64,000 bases of DNA from the human T2T-CHM13v2.0 reference genome, Homo sapiens, in assembly GCF_009914755.1 (NCBI RefSeq), contig NC_060937.1. One strand, written 5' to 3'. Made by a program: the position numbers and the translations under genes. Shown piece by piece: positions 15,141 through 28,290 of the stretch (position 1 is the stretch's first letter; every line of letters starts with the position of its first letter). Below the pieces are notes generated by a model. That model was not told the origin of the DNA and searched no databases. It was given only the letters and a program-made list of their open reading frames with translations.

Positions 15141-16400
15141 GCACTAAGCCAAAGTTCAGAGTGATTAAGGAAAACAATTCCCACTCTAAAAGCAAGAAAG
15201 ACCCCAAGAGAACAACGTCGAGGATCATGCTGATACATTGACTTGTCCTAAAAAGACTGTAAAGGATTTGACTGGAATAATCCTAGATGTATTTATCGAG
15301 CACCCATTAGGTGACTGGCACTGTTCCAAACAAACCTTCTGGGTGATGGAAGACTGGTCATTTTCTGCAGAGAGGAAAATTGATTTCCTACCTAGCATCA
15401 CCTTTATGAGGAGCAAGCTATTTGTTTTATTTATGGCTTGAACTCAGCTCCCTGCTGTAATAATTCAAATTCTGTAGGTACAAACCTTCTTATTTAAATA
15501 TTGACTGGCAAGGGAGTCACCTTAGATCTAGCCCCACAGTTAGTTGCAGGGGTTTGATTTATGCTAATGAATGGGGCTGAGGCTTTCAAGGATTTGCTTT
15601 TATTATTAAATCCTCAGGACACTACTTTCCAAGACTCTTGTTTGGGCTTTACAATAAGAACAGAAGTCTATATGCTCTATCCTGAAGGCTGTTTATTGGG
15701 CTCAAAATGAAATTAAATAAAGGCAAACTTAATGGAAGTTTGGTTTCTTAATATAAAGTTTTGTATCTGAGTAAACAGAAAGTAATAAAAGATCAGGAAG
15801 CATATTCATGGAGAGGTAAGACCATGATAGTGTCTTGAGAGTCAGAAGTTCCAACTTAACCTCAACTAACTTGGAAAATTTTTAAGGTTGAAAGGTTAGT
15901 GATAATTGAATTTTATAGTCCATATAGCGAGATTTAAGAAAGCACAATCTCGAAGTGTTTTGATATTTTTCTAAAGTGAAAAACTTACTTCAGCCTTTAC
16001 CTTAATCATTCCTGGAGCTTATATGTTCTCTTTACTGACAGCAGGAAGCCAAAGACCTTTGTACAAATCAATTCTCAATGGAGACAGACACATTGCTGAA
16101 CTACAGTAAGGTTATGGACAAATCTACTTGGACATAAATCATAAAATTTGAGAGAAACTATACAACTAGATGTGATATGATTGGCATGCCCCATGAACCA
16201 TAAAGTCCTTCAAAAATGTAAATAATAAGTACCATTGTGAGGAAAACAAGTATTTCTTTTTTTTAAGACATAAGTTGATTCTGGAATTTTTGAATGACTT
16301 TCCAAGTATTTAAACAAAGCCAAAACTTTATTAGTCTGGTGATTAATTGCTATAAACATCCTACTCTTTTTTTCCTTCTTAAAGAATTTATTCACCTCAA

Positions 16401-16732
<332 letters not shown>

Positions 16733-17384
16733 TTATAAAATGGCAATTTATACCTTTAAATTTGTTTGTACATCTGTAAAATATATGCAAATTTTCCAAC
16801 TTCCTAAATTTTGAGTTCACTATTAATACCTTTAACTTACTCTCATTTTTCTCATGGGTTTTTTTGAAGATATGTTTTCTTCTAACTCTGTCCTTCATAT
16901 AATCAGACCCAATTAGAAACTGGAAATGTACCAAAACTATCTTATTCTTTTTTGTATCTCTATAAATTATTCTTGAATATTAAATTAGCAATCTCATCCA
17001 TTTTATGGGGTTTTGATTATTTAATTTTCTCACTGCCTTTGGATTGACTAACAATCTTCAACAATCTGTTGAAGATTTACTGCTAACAGAAAGGCTGAGG
17101 AATGAGTCATCACAAACATTTATTTTTGAGACCTGGTTTCACATTTCAGTGTTAAAAGTAGTGAGTGAAAGTAATGTAAATAGGCATTACCACTGCCCCT
17201 AGAGTTTTACCACATAAGATAGAAAATGACACCAATATCCAGCTTCTAAGAAGGCATAGACAGTAGAATTCTTTTAAAGCTATAAGTAAATTCTAAGCAG
17301 ATATTTTCAAATTTTATAATTTACACCTAATGTGATATAACAGTGGTCAGGGAACATTTCCTCTTTTTTCTTCTTTGTTTTCTT

Positions 17385-17740
17385 TTTCTTATTTGTATAA
17401 ATTTAAGGGGTACAAGTGCAGTTTTGTTACATGGATATATTGCACAGTGAAGTCTGGGGTTTTAGTGTAACTATCACCTGAATAAAGTACATTGTACTCA
17501 TTAAGTAATTTCTCCTTTCTCACCCCATGCCCACCCTCTCACCCTGTTGAATCTCCAGTGTCTATGCCATACTCTATATCCATGAGTACACATTATTTGG
17601 ATCCCCCTTTTAAGTGACAAAATGTGGCATTTGATTTTTTGTTTCTGCGTTATTTCACTTAAGATAATGGATTCCACTTCCATCTATGTTGCTGTAGAAT
17701 ATATGGCTTCATTATTTTTTATGGCTGAGTGGTATTCCAT

Positions 17741-17786
<46 letters not shown>

Positions 17787-18335
17787 ATTTTCTTTAATCA
17801 TCAGTTGACAGACACTTAGATCAATTCCAAACCTTTGCTATTGTGAACAATGCTGTGATTAGCTTACAAGCACAGGTTATCTTTTTGATATTGTGGATTT
17901 CTTGTCCTTTGTGTAGATACTCAGTAGTGGGATTGCCGGATCAAATGATAATTGCATTTTCAGTTCTTTGAGGAATCTCCATACTGTTTTCCATTGAGGT
18001 TGTACTAATTTACCTTTCTGCCAACAGTATATAATGTTCCCTTTTCTCTGCACCCTTGCCAACATTTATTATTTTTTGACCTTTTCATAAAAGCCATTTT
18101 GAGTGATGTAAGATGTTGTCTCATTGTGGTTTTAATTTACATATCTCTGATGATTAGTGATGTTGAGCATTTTTTTCATATGCTTCTTGGCCATTTGTAT
18201 GTCTTTTGAAAAATTTCTGTTCATGTCCTTTGCCCATTTTTCAATGGGGTAACCTGTTTTTTGTATTATTGTTGATTTGGCTGAGTTCTTTGTAGATTCT
18301 GGATATTAGTCCCTTGTAAGATGCAAATCTTTTCT
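17385..18335 (-). mobile_element. L1PB-like 3' end with internal (TA)n
   Basis: aaggggtacaagtgcagttttgttacatggatatattgcac 3'UTR. ORF2 remnants MEVESIILSEITQKQKIK and [12 protein letters not shown] on the - strand. Confidence 0.9.
17745..17783. repeat. (TA)n microsatellite
   Basis: Seen directly. Confidence 0.95.
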
Positions 18336-18339
18336 GTTA

Positions 18340-18838
<499 letters not shown>

Positions 18839-19395
18839 CAAGTACATTATCATTAACTGTAGTCACTGTGCTATACAATAGATCTCTAGAATCTATTTAT
18901 CCTGTATAACTAAAAGTTTGTATCCTTTAACCAACATCTCCCCAATCTCCTCCCTTTCTCCTTCCACCTACCCCGGGTAACTACTATTCTATTCTTTCCT
19001 TCTGAGTTTCAATTTTTTATATTTTACAGATAAGTGAGATCATGCATTATTTATCTCTCTGTGACTGGATTATTTCACTTAAAATGATTTCCTCCAGGTT
19101 TATTTATGTTGTCTCAAGTGACAGAATTTTCTTCTTTTTTATGGCTGAATAGTATTCTATTATGTGTGTATACCACATTTCCTTTATCCATTTATCCACC
19201 AATGGACATTTAGATTGATTCTATATTTTGGATATTGTTAGTAATGCTGCAGTGAATATAAGAGTGCAGATATCTCTTTGACATACTGATTTTATTTACT
19301 TTGGATATGCACCCAGATGTGGGATTACTGAATCATATGGCAGGTCTATTTTTACATACTGTTTTTCATAGTGACTATACTGAATTACATTCAGA
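18839..19395 (-). mobile_element. L1MA-like 3' fragment
   Basis: attaactgtagtcactgtgctatacaatagatctctagaa...ataagtgagatcatgc...gtgcagatatctctttgacatactgatt. Confidence 0.85.
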
Positions 19396-19675
19396 TCAGA
19401 GACATTTTTCTCCTGTCTTCCTTCTCTGATCCCTAAAATAGTGACTGAAATTATTGGCTGTAATTCATCCAGTTTGAGTAAATATCTTTAACAATAATTT
19501 ACAAGACTATCTAACTTGGAACATTATAAAAGGTTGACTGAGAATGATGACTGTCCTACCAGGAATGATAACCAGAGGGAGTGTACTAAATGTTTAACAA
19601 ACAAGAAAGTGTACATAAATGTGTAACAAATATATAGCATGTTTGTATATTAATTGGCAATTCTTTGTCACTTGG

Positions 19676-20193
19676 TGTAGTGAACAGTTACTGCTCCACT
19701 GTGATCCTCTCAGGTCCCTTCCATAGTTTGTAGGCTTCTGTCTTGATCTGTATACTTTAGCTTGTAACAGCTCACATGCCAATTCTCTTTGGAGGACTGT
19801 CCTCAAAATACTAGAGCTGCTTTGTCTGAAGTTGCAGAGAATTGCAAATGCCTAGGAGCTTATGACCCCCTTCATGTTGCCCCTAGCAAATGACCAACTA
19901 GTAGAGGAGTATGGAAATCCAGCTCTGTTGCCCTGAGTAGAGATGAACCCTAAGGCATAATTTATACTACAGGGCTCTTCTGTGGGATCAGGCTGAGGCT
20001 GGGACTGTGCCTCATATTGCAGCCTTGCTTGGATTGCTGCCTTTCACTGTCCTGTTACCCAACTCCCTTACTCTCTTATAAATCACTTGTACACAAGTCC
20101 TGCCTCAGTCCTATTACCCAACTCCCTTACTCTCTTATAAATCACTCATACACAAATCCTGCCTCGGAGACTGTTCTGAGAAACGCTAAGACA
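19676..20193 (+). mobile_element. LTR16-family (ERVL) LTR with internal 59-bp duplication
   Basis: tgtagtg start, tgtgggatcaggctgaggctgggact, taaatcacttgtacacaa, ctaagaca end. Confidence 0.7.
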
Positions 20194-20554
20194 TGAGTGA
20201 ATATTCAGCTAAAGAAATAATATTTCTACTTGGTCTTGATCTTATTTCTCCTTTTTCCCCCTTTTCTCCCTCCCCTTCTTTTTTTCTTTCTTACACTGCT
20301 CTGCCTCCTTCATTGATATTTTCTGGGCCACACACCATTCATGACCTATGCCATTTTGGGTTGAAATGGTCTTTCAGCACCTTAGCAGCAGGAAGGGTTT
20401 CACTGCAGCTGTTTCTCTGGCAGGAAGAGTGCAGCTTCTGTGTTGAGTTCAACCTGAAAAGTGCTTCCCTACTGGGTAGAAGCCATGAATTGTATAGCAC
20501 TCCCTGTTTTATACTATTAAATAGCTGCTTGGGCTGAGTAGTATCTCTGGGTTA

Positions 20555-20775
20555 AAAATTTTTTTCCCTAAGTATATATTTTTATTGAAGTATCAACACA
20601 CATACAGAAAAGCACACAAATCATAAAAGCACAGCTCAATAAATGTAGTAAAATAAACGGAGTTGTACCACTACTATCAGGCCAAGAAATAGAACATTAC
20701 CAGTACCCTGGAAATGAGATCCTGCTCCTCTATGGTTATTACACGCCTTTAAAGGTAATTGCTATTCTGACCATC
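20555..20775 (-). mobile_element. Old L1M (L1MD/ME-like) 3' fragment
   Basis: ttttattgaagtat...catacagaaaagcacacaaatcataa...caagaaatagaacattaccag. Confidence 0.7.
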
Positions 20776-20779
20776 ATAT

Positions 20780-21130
20780 TGCATAGTGGAGGATTAATAT
20801 TATCCAAAGAGAGGTCTGGATATTACCCTTGGTTACTTGAAGCTGCTCTCTAGGCTTCTGACGTGTCCCACCTGAGAGCAGGGTCTTTGCTTGCTTGGGG
20901 ATTTTGGCCACCAAAAATTCTAACAATATGAATATAATTTAAGATGGGACTTAACGGATCAATTCTGATCTCTGGAAAAGCTGGAAACTAAAGGTATTAA
21001 GCCAAACCTACAGGACAGGCTGAAACTATTGCAAACAGTAACTAATCAAGCCCCAGTAAAAATTTTGGACCCCAAAGGCTCTAGTGAGCCTCTTTGGTTG
21101 GCAATTCTCTACGTATGTTGTGACACATCT
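20780..21130 (+). mobile_element. MER21/MER68/MER77-group LTR fragment
   Basis: gagaggtctgg...ccccagtaaaaattttggaccccaaaggctc...ggttggcaattctct...tgttgtgacacatc, then abruptly interrupted. Confidence 0.55.
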
Positions 21131-21184
21131 TTTAATATGGAATCCACCTCATAACAATTGTCTAAATTTCTGGAAGATGGAGCC

Positions 21185-21253
21185 ATGCTTGTTTTTCCAA
21201 AAGCTCTTTGAGTGATTCTAATTTGTAGTCAGAGTTGAAGACCACTGCTCTAA
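21185..21253. mobile_element. MER5-like (hAT-Charlie) terminal fragment
   Basis: aagctctttgagtgattctaatttgtagtcagagttgaagaccactgctcta. Confidence 0.65.
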
Positions 21254-21909
21254 ATTGGTTCAGGAAAATCCTTTTATTTCTCCCATGTTAACTTTTAAAA
21301 CTAGTAATGTACCCAGTTAAGTTTGGATGGTTTAAATTTCACTAAAGAACCTATTCTAATAACTAGCATTTATTACATGAAATTTAAGAGCTTAAGTTCC
21401 ATCAAACTAGCCCTTGTGTAAGATTATTATTTCTTCTCTATAACTTCAAAATAGATATTTCATTCAAACTGTTCAGGTGAGAAAAGATAATGGATTTTTT
21501 TTTTCCTCTGGAGCTGCCTGTTCAGTGAGATGGAGGAGGTGCACACTTAAGGTCAATTCACTAATCTATGGTTCAGATTTCTGATCACATGGAAGTTTGG
21601 AAAAGAAAGCTTATCACAGGTTTGTATGCTGGTGAATGGATAGAGTTTTAATTTTCACTTTGGGGAGTAGCATGTAAACCAAACAGTTGACTGAAAAGCC
21701 AGTGCAATTTTTCACTGAAACTAATTATTGAGTCATAACAAGACATCTTAAATACACTTACCTTTGGCTTTGTAACTTATATACATATATTAAAGTAGTG
21801 TTCATTATTTTCAACTTCTGGTTGGTCTCTACTTGAAATATTGACTGTAATTAAGCCTTTGCATTAATATTCTGCTTTACAGACATACGTTTTGCTTTAC
21901 TTGTTGTTT

Positions 21910-22258
21910 TTAGCATTATTATTTTGCTCAAGAGTAGTAATGCAATTGTAAGGTCAATAATTCAAAAGATAGAAAACAATAAGTGAAAGTAACTCTTTCT
22001 CTCACCCTTGTTCCACAGACCCATGTCTCACCAGGTAACAATCACTCTTACTTGTGTCTGGTACATTCTTCAAGAGAATACAGATATTTGTGGCAATTAA
22101 AAATAGTTAATACAAACTTAAGTATGCAATCACATTGTTCATCACCTTGCTTTTTCCTTTTTCTTTTTCTTTAGACTTAACAATATATCTTGGAGAAAGT
22201 TCCATATTGGTATAAATATGTGTGTATTGCCTTATTTTCAACTGCTGCATAACAGTCC

Positions 22259-22308
<50 letters not shown>

Positions 22309-22470
22309 TTATTTAACCAGCTTTTTACTGAACGTTTAGATTGTTCCAAATATTTTACTGTAAAAATGGTAATAAGTATTGTTGAATTACATTTTTGTGA
22401 ACATATGAAAGGACATCTGTAAGATAAATTTCTATAGGTAACGTTGCTGGGTCAAATGTTATACATATTT
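21910..22470 (-). mobile_element. Old L1ME-like fragment containing (TA)n at 22261-22305
   Basis: cttaacaatatatcttggaga...tttaactgctgcataa...ttgctgggtcaaa. The (TA)n is seen directly. Confidence 0.65.
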
Positions 22471-23349
22471 ATTCTTTTATTTTTATGAAGTCTTTAACTT
22501 GTTTCTCAGAGTTGAATTGCTTAATAAATATGCTGAAGTTCAGAACATGATAAAGCTGTTATTGAATTTTATTTCAAAAAGCTTATAATCAGGAAGTCTG
22601 TCTTATTGAGGCTTATTTTAGCAAAATCACATGTAACCTAATACTTTTTTTGCTCAAGCTTAAAATACTATAAGAAAAATGGTTGCAGAAAAAAGTAACC
22701 GTATTACATTTATTTTGTTGTTCCATTTTAACAAAATTATTTTAAATTTTAGTGAATTTTAAGTTGAAATTGTGTAGGCTAGTTGTATCCAACAAGGCAA
22801 CCCTGATATCTTCAAATATCTTCTCTAACTACTCGATGTTTTTCAGATCTAGTTCCACATAACCAAGACTATTCAATTTTGATCCAAATAAAGTTTTATT
22901 AGATAGGAATTGGAGAAAATAATTAGTTAGTGATTGGAAACGTGGCTGAAAAGAAAATGGTTCAGCAGATCTGTATACCTCACCAAGAATTGAGGACCAT
23001 TTATTTCCAAGCTCTGTGGTAGACAGAAATCCAATCAAGAAATACACCCTTGTTTAGAACCCTCTGATAGACTTTTAGCTTTCAATTGCACAAGAGCCTG
23101 CAGACAAATAACAGACAGCAATTTTTATGGTGTTAAAATGCTATGGTTCTCTCGCTAGTAGAGAGTTACCCATGGGAAAAGAGCAAGAATGGAGTTGACT
23201 GTGCACTAACCAGCATTTTACTACTGGGATTTCTCTATCATAGGGAATTCCTATCTCTTCACTGGAATAATCATGAGAGCCACCATGCTTCTGTGTCCTC
23301 ATAGTCACACAGTGGCTTTCATTATTATTTTCATTCATATTTTTCTGAA

Positions 23350-23620
23350 TTTTCATTCACTCAGCAAATAATACAGTATTTTCTTGTGTGGTGATGCTTT
23401 GTCAGACTGCCAGTTGATACGCATAGGATATAATGATGAAGGGAAAAGGCAGTTTCTGCCGTCAGACAGCTACCTTCTAAAGGAAGTCAGGGAGTTAAAC
23501 AAAGAAATACGATACAATATGATGAGAGCCATGGCTGAAGAATTCGAGAGTGCTATAGTTATGTATAAGAGCCTCAGGGGATTGAGTGGGGGTTTCCCAG
23601 AGAAACAGAGGAAAAATCTA
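23350..23620 (-). mobile_element. L2 fragment
   Basis: ttcattcactcagcaaata start followed by degraded L2-like sequence. Confidence 0.45.
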
Positions 23621-23758
23621 GTTAGTAAAATTAAAAGGTACAAACCCTATCCCTGCCCTGACTGCATGCAAATGCCTGCAAACCTTGAGACTTCCAAGAT
23701 CTGCTGTTTTGTTTCTTTTTACAGTATCAGTGAGACAATCACAACAATTAGCAGATGT

Positions 23759-24155
23759 TGTGGACTGATTGAAAAATTACCACAATTCTTTACTGTTTTC
23801 AGTATCCATTCTCTTTGCAATGTGACTTTGCAGTTCTTCTCACCAAAAGACGGACTATTTTCCCCCTAATTCCTGAGTCAGTGCTATGGCAGCACATCGT
23901 GGTAGAAGAAAAGATGTGCCAGTCCCAAGCCCATGCTTCTGTTCTCTTGAGTCTGTGCCTATACTATGAGATCAAGCCTGGCCTCCTGGAGAATGAGAGA
24001 TCCTGTGGAGCAGCCAGGTCAACTCAGTTGTCCCAGACAAGGCTCTTAATTATTTTGATCCAGAGCAGTGTGGTCTTATACTCATGGGAAATAATAAATG
24101 ATTTGTTGTGTTAAGGCACTAAGTATTAAAATGGTTTGTTATGCAGCCACATGTA
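23759..24155 (+). mobile_element. MLT1 (MaLR) LTR, old subfamily
   Basis: ctttgcaatgtgactttgcag...tgtgccagtcccaagcc...aataaatgatttgttgtgttaaggcactaagt...tttgttatgcagc. Confidence 0.75.
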
Positions 24156-25415
24156 ACATCAGAGGATGGTTATGAGGATAAATAAAATGATACACACAAA
24201 ATATTTCATCTACTGTCTATCACATAGTAAATAGTGAAAATTATTATCATCATATGTCTCCTTAAGTATTCTTTAATTTATAGTTCCCCTCCTTTATACA
24301 CATGCACGTTCCACCTCTCTTCAATTTTCAAAAGAAACTTGGTTGGTTGTCTGGTAGAGTTTCCCATAGTCTGTATTTGCTGATTGCATACCTGTGGAAT
24401 TGATAACATGTTTCTCTGCACCCTCTATTTTCTGTTATATGGTGATAAAAATTATTATTTTTGAAGATCAATTTAAAGTCTGAAAGTTAGTTTTCTTCTC
24501 TTGGCTTTAGTGTGCACAAAAATACCTGGGAAACATATTTTACTGGATAAATTAGTGTTTTCCATCTGAAAGTCTGCTGACCATAGTTTTCCTAAGAAAT
24601 TTTTATTAAGGTAGTAATAATTAATAATGAAAATAGTATAATTATTATCCTTAGCTTGAGCTCCATGATGAGGGCCCACATGGCTCAGGGCTTGAATGTT
24701 CACTTATTTTGTATACTCTTCTTATTGGCTAGAGTTTGCTACCATTACTACCCTTTGTGTCTATCCCCAAAGCAGAGGCTTGACACTGTTAAGGTAGCTG
24801 GTTGTGAACGTAATCTTCTTACAAGCTTGAAAAATCCTTGTAACTCCACAGCTTCCCCCTCATTGATTAGCAAAGCCTTCCCTAGACCTAGCACTGCCAT
24901 GAGTGCGCTTAAATTCTATAATGTAAACTTACATAATATATTGCATTTTTATATGGTTGGCTATCCTGAAATATTGGAAGACAGAAGGAGGGGCCAGTTG
25001 CTACCAAGTTTGGAGTACTAACAGGAGTCTGGGCTGCCTCCCAGGGGAAGCATCATCATTTTGCTTTTTGCAGCTTCTTTAAGCTCCTTCAAATAATTTA
25101 TGGATACCATCAGCTGCTATCTTCAGGTCTTTGCTTGGCTTTCTTAACAGTCCAGATGACTTGTGCTTTGAATCTAGTTATCTTTTACTTTGCCCATATA
25201 GCTACCCTTCTATTTGTACCAGGAAAAAATAATGAATCTTTTTCAGTTATTTTGTGCTAGAACAATTTTTAGAGTTCTCCCAGAAACTGGAACGATCTTT
25301 AGAGTTTTAGAAAACTTATTTTCTTTAGTAGGTATAATGGATCTGTCTTTTAAACATAAGTTATTAATTTATCAAATATTTATTAAGTGTTTATTATATG
25401 AAAGATATTGTAGAG

Positions 25416-25784
25416 AGTCTTAGTTTGGGTTCTTCCAGGAGTGTACCCCGGAATGAAGATTCAAATGCAAGTGGTTTATTCCATTTGGGTGGGTGGAGCT
25501 TAATTCTATGGGAAAATCTGAGAAAAGGAGTAAAACCCAAATCTCAGAAGTAATCCATTTAAAGGGCTAAGAAACTGAAGCATTTATGTGCAGTTTCTGA
25601 ACCATTGCCTAATGGCTGCTGTGGAAGCGAGGCAGGTGTTAATTTTGCATCGGCAAAGTGACTTTTCAAGATTTTGGAGAAAATGTCCTGAGGCACAAAA
25701 TGAAGTTACTGGCAATTGGAAGTCTGTCAGGGAACATTGGCAGCTACAAGGCATACGGGTGGAGGACCAACAGCATCTGCTACA
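25416..25784 (-). mobile_element. LTR33-like (ERVL) LTR inserted into a MIR
   Basis: Ends cagcatctgctaca (reverse complement TGTAGCAGATGCTG). MIR halves at about 25365-25415 and 25785-25950. Confidence 0.7.
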
Positions 25785-26439
25785 ACTAAGCACTTTACAC
25801 ATATTATTTCATTAGATCCTTACAGTTCAAGGAGGAAGGGATTTTTTAATCTCTATTTGTTCAAAGAGATTAACTGAAATTCAGATTAGTCTTGTAATTT
25901 GCCCAAGGTTATATACTAATAAGGGGCAGAGTCACAATTTAGACCCAGAAAGGTGTTCATAATCTGTGGACCCAGACACAGTAATGTCTTCCCAAATGTC
26001 AAACAGCTGCTATTTAACAGAGGCAGGGCTATGACCCAGGTCCCCTGACGTGCAGCCTGGTGACCTTTCTGTAGACCGATCTGGTCATTCTCATTCCCTG
26101 TACAGCCCCACTTCCATCTCAGTGCCCTGGGAGTTTGATCCTTGAGCTTAGTTCTTACATGTCTTCCTTTAAGACATTCAGTGCTACTGCTTGGTTTAGA
26201 TGCTGTGCATGTCACCAAGGGGAACTCTGTAAGTTCCCCCTTCCAACTTGTGAGATGCTTATTACCAAGATGCTTATTTCTGAGAATAACCTTTCTGACT
26301 GAAGATACTTTATTATGTTTATTGATAGCTCTGTTGCCTTGAAATTGCTTTGTTTGTTCCCACAACAGCATCTTTTTACATGTTTCTCCCTCTTTTTGAA
26401 TGCACTTCTTTCCCTTGGTTGTGGAGCTGATTCCTACAC

Positions 26440-26695
26440 CTTCTTATCATAGGTATCATTTCCCCAGGAATATCTCCCTTGACTTTCCTTACTACATAAA
26501 ATTGAAGCACCAAGAAGATCTTCTCTATAGCACTTGTTGTAGTTGTAATATAATCTTTATTTTTGTAAGGGTTTCATTAAAGCCTGAAAACTATGATAAG
26601 AGGGACCATGTCTGCTTTTATCACTGCATCCTCCTCACCTAAAACATAGAAAATCCTCTGTAAATACTGTTGAATAAGTGGATGAATAAACAAAT
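26440..26695 (+). mobile_element. L2 3' end
   Basis: agggaccatgtctgctttt...taaatactgttgaataagtggatgaataaa. Confidence 0.65.
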
Positions 26696-26724
26696 GCATT
26701 TTAGTCAAAGCACCGTCAATTTTT

Positions 26725-27440
26725 TTGTTGTTTTTTAACTTTTATTTTAGTTTCAGGGGTATATATGTGGGTTTGTTATATAGATAAATTACGTGTTGCA
26801 GGGTTTGGGTGTACATGTTATTTAGTCGCCCAGGTAACATAAGCATAGTACAGTACCCGATAGGTAGTTTCTCGGTTCTCACCCTCCTCTCACCCTCCAC
26901 CTTCAAGTAATGTCTACTGTTCTCTTCTTTGTGCTCGTATGTACTCAATGTTTAACTCTCACTTATAAGTGAGAATATGCAGTATTTGGTTTTGTGTTCC
27001 TGTGTTAGTTTGCTTAGGATAATGGCCTCCAGCTTGTTCCATGTTGCTGCAAAGGACATGATCTCATTCTTTTTTATAAATGTGTAGTATTCCGTGGTGT
27101 ATAAGTACCACGTTTTCTTTATCTAGTCTACCATTCATGGGCATTTAGGTTAATTCCATGTTTTTGCTGTTGTGAGTAATGTTGCGATGAATATTTGTCT
27201 ACATGCGCCTTTATGGTATAATGATTTGTATTCCTTTGGGTATATACCTAGTAATGGGATTGCTGGGTCAAATGGTAGTCCCAAGTTCTTTCAGGAATTG
27301 CCAAACTTCTTTCCACAATGGCTGAACTAATTTGCCTTCCCGCCAGCAGTGTATTCTTTTTTCTCCGCAACCTCACCAGCATCTGTTATATTTGACTTTT
27401 TAATAACCGCCATTCTGATTGATGTGGGATGATATCTCAT
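26725..27440 (-). mobile_element. L1PA (old, PA13-16-like) 3' end
   Basis: ttttaacttttattttagtttcaggggta...cacttataagtgagaatatgcagtatttgg...gggattgctgggtcaaatggtag. Confidence 0.92.
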
Positions 27441-27849
27441 ATAACCTTGGATCCTGCTTTAGTCCAGACTTAACTCTTGGTCACAGCCTCCGTCTAGCAC
27501 TTAAAAATACATCCTTTCCCAGAGGCCACACCCTAATATGCCAGTTAATTAAGCTAAAAGCAACAAACCCAGGTGAGTCTGTAAACATTTAAAGGATACT
27601 CTGCCTATTTCAGTTGCTTTGTTTATAATAATGCAGGCATACACACGAGGAAAGAATATGATCATGCCATACACATCAATTAGCAATAAAACTGCTGACC
27701 TCCATTTTCTGAAATGCTCATTTGGAAGCTAGAGGTTAGAAAGTTACTCTCTAGTACATCTCCGCACTCTGGCAGCCACTAGTTGAAATTTTATCTCATG
27801 AAAAGTCAGCTGGACTCTTCCCAAGCCTGTTTTTGCCACATGCACTTGC

Positions 27850-28140
27850 TATAGCACTTGCATGTTTTAATTTATCATTATGTAAGCCATTGAAATATGA
27901 GCTCAAAAGGAGACTGTGGTTTCCATAAACTAAGTTGAATGCTATGAAAAGACTCAATAAAGTCAAAGTGGTTAAATGTTTAAAAAATGTTGCTGAGTTA
28001 ATCATGAATGAGATGATTGTAAAAGATGGAGATAGAATCATAAATATCTAGTTTGCTTCTGATCATCATAAGTCTTTTTAGGAAACAGATACTGAGATGA
28101 TGGAATGATGCACTTTGTTGTAGTTTATGCAATAATCATG
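27850..28140 (+). mobile_element. Degraded Tigger-like DNA transposon, transposase N-terminal (CENP-B-type HTH) remnant
   Basis: 27929-28051 translates TKLNAMKRLNKV...LKNVAELIMNEMIVKD, resembling the pogo/Tigger HTH. Downstream gatgcactt...tttatgcaa resembles the DAL..WF.Q motif with frameshifts. Confidence 0.5.
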
Positions 28141-28169
28141 AAGCCAGATTTCATTGAAGAGATGCACAT

Positions 28170-28290
28170 TTTGTTTTCTTCATGTGTAAAATGGGAATAG
28201 AAAAACTGAACAGAGTTTTATGGATTAGGTATAGTAATGCTTTTCAAGTGTCTTGCCCAGTGCTTGGCTCAGAGTAAGTGATTAGTCTAT
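28170..28290 (+). mobile_element. MIR fragment
   Basis: ttttcttcatgtgtaaaatgggaata...cagtgcttggctcagagtaagtg. Confidence 0.65.

Noticed and set aside
21130-21658. Naming a parent gene for the 3'UTR-like insert
   Set aside because: My recollection does not resolve to one gene, so no symbol is assigned without a search.
23384-23869. 161-aa ORF
   Set aside because: Non-ATG start, spans an L2 remnant and an MLT1 LTR, no recognisable domain.
25916-26371. 151-aa minus-strand ORF
   Set aside because: No recognisable family, runs into a MIR, length compatible with chance in 64 kb.
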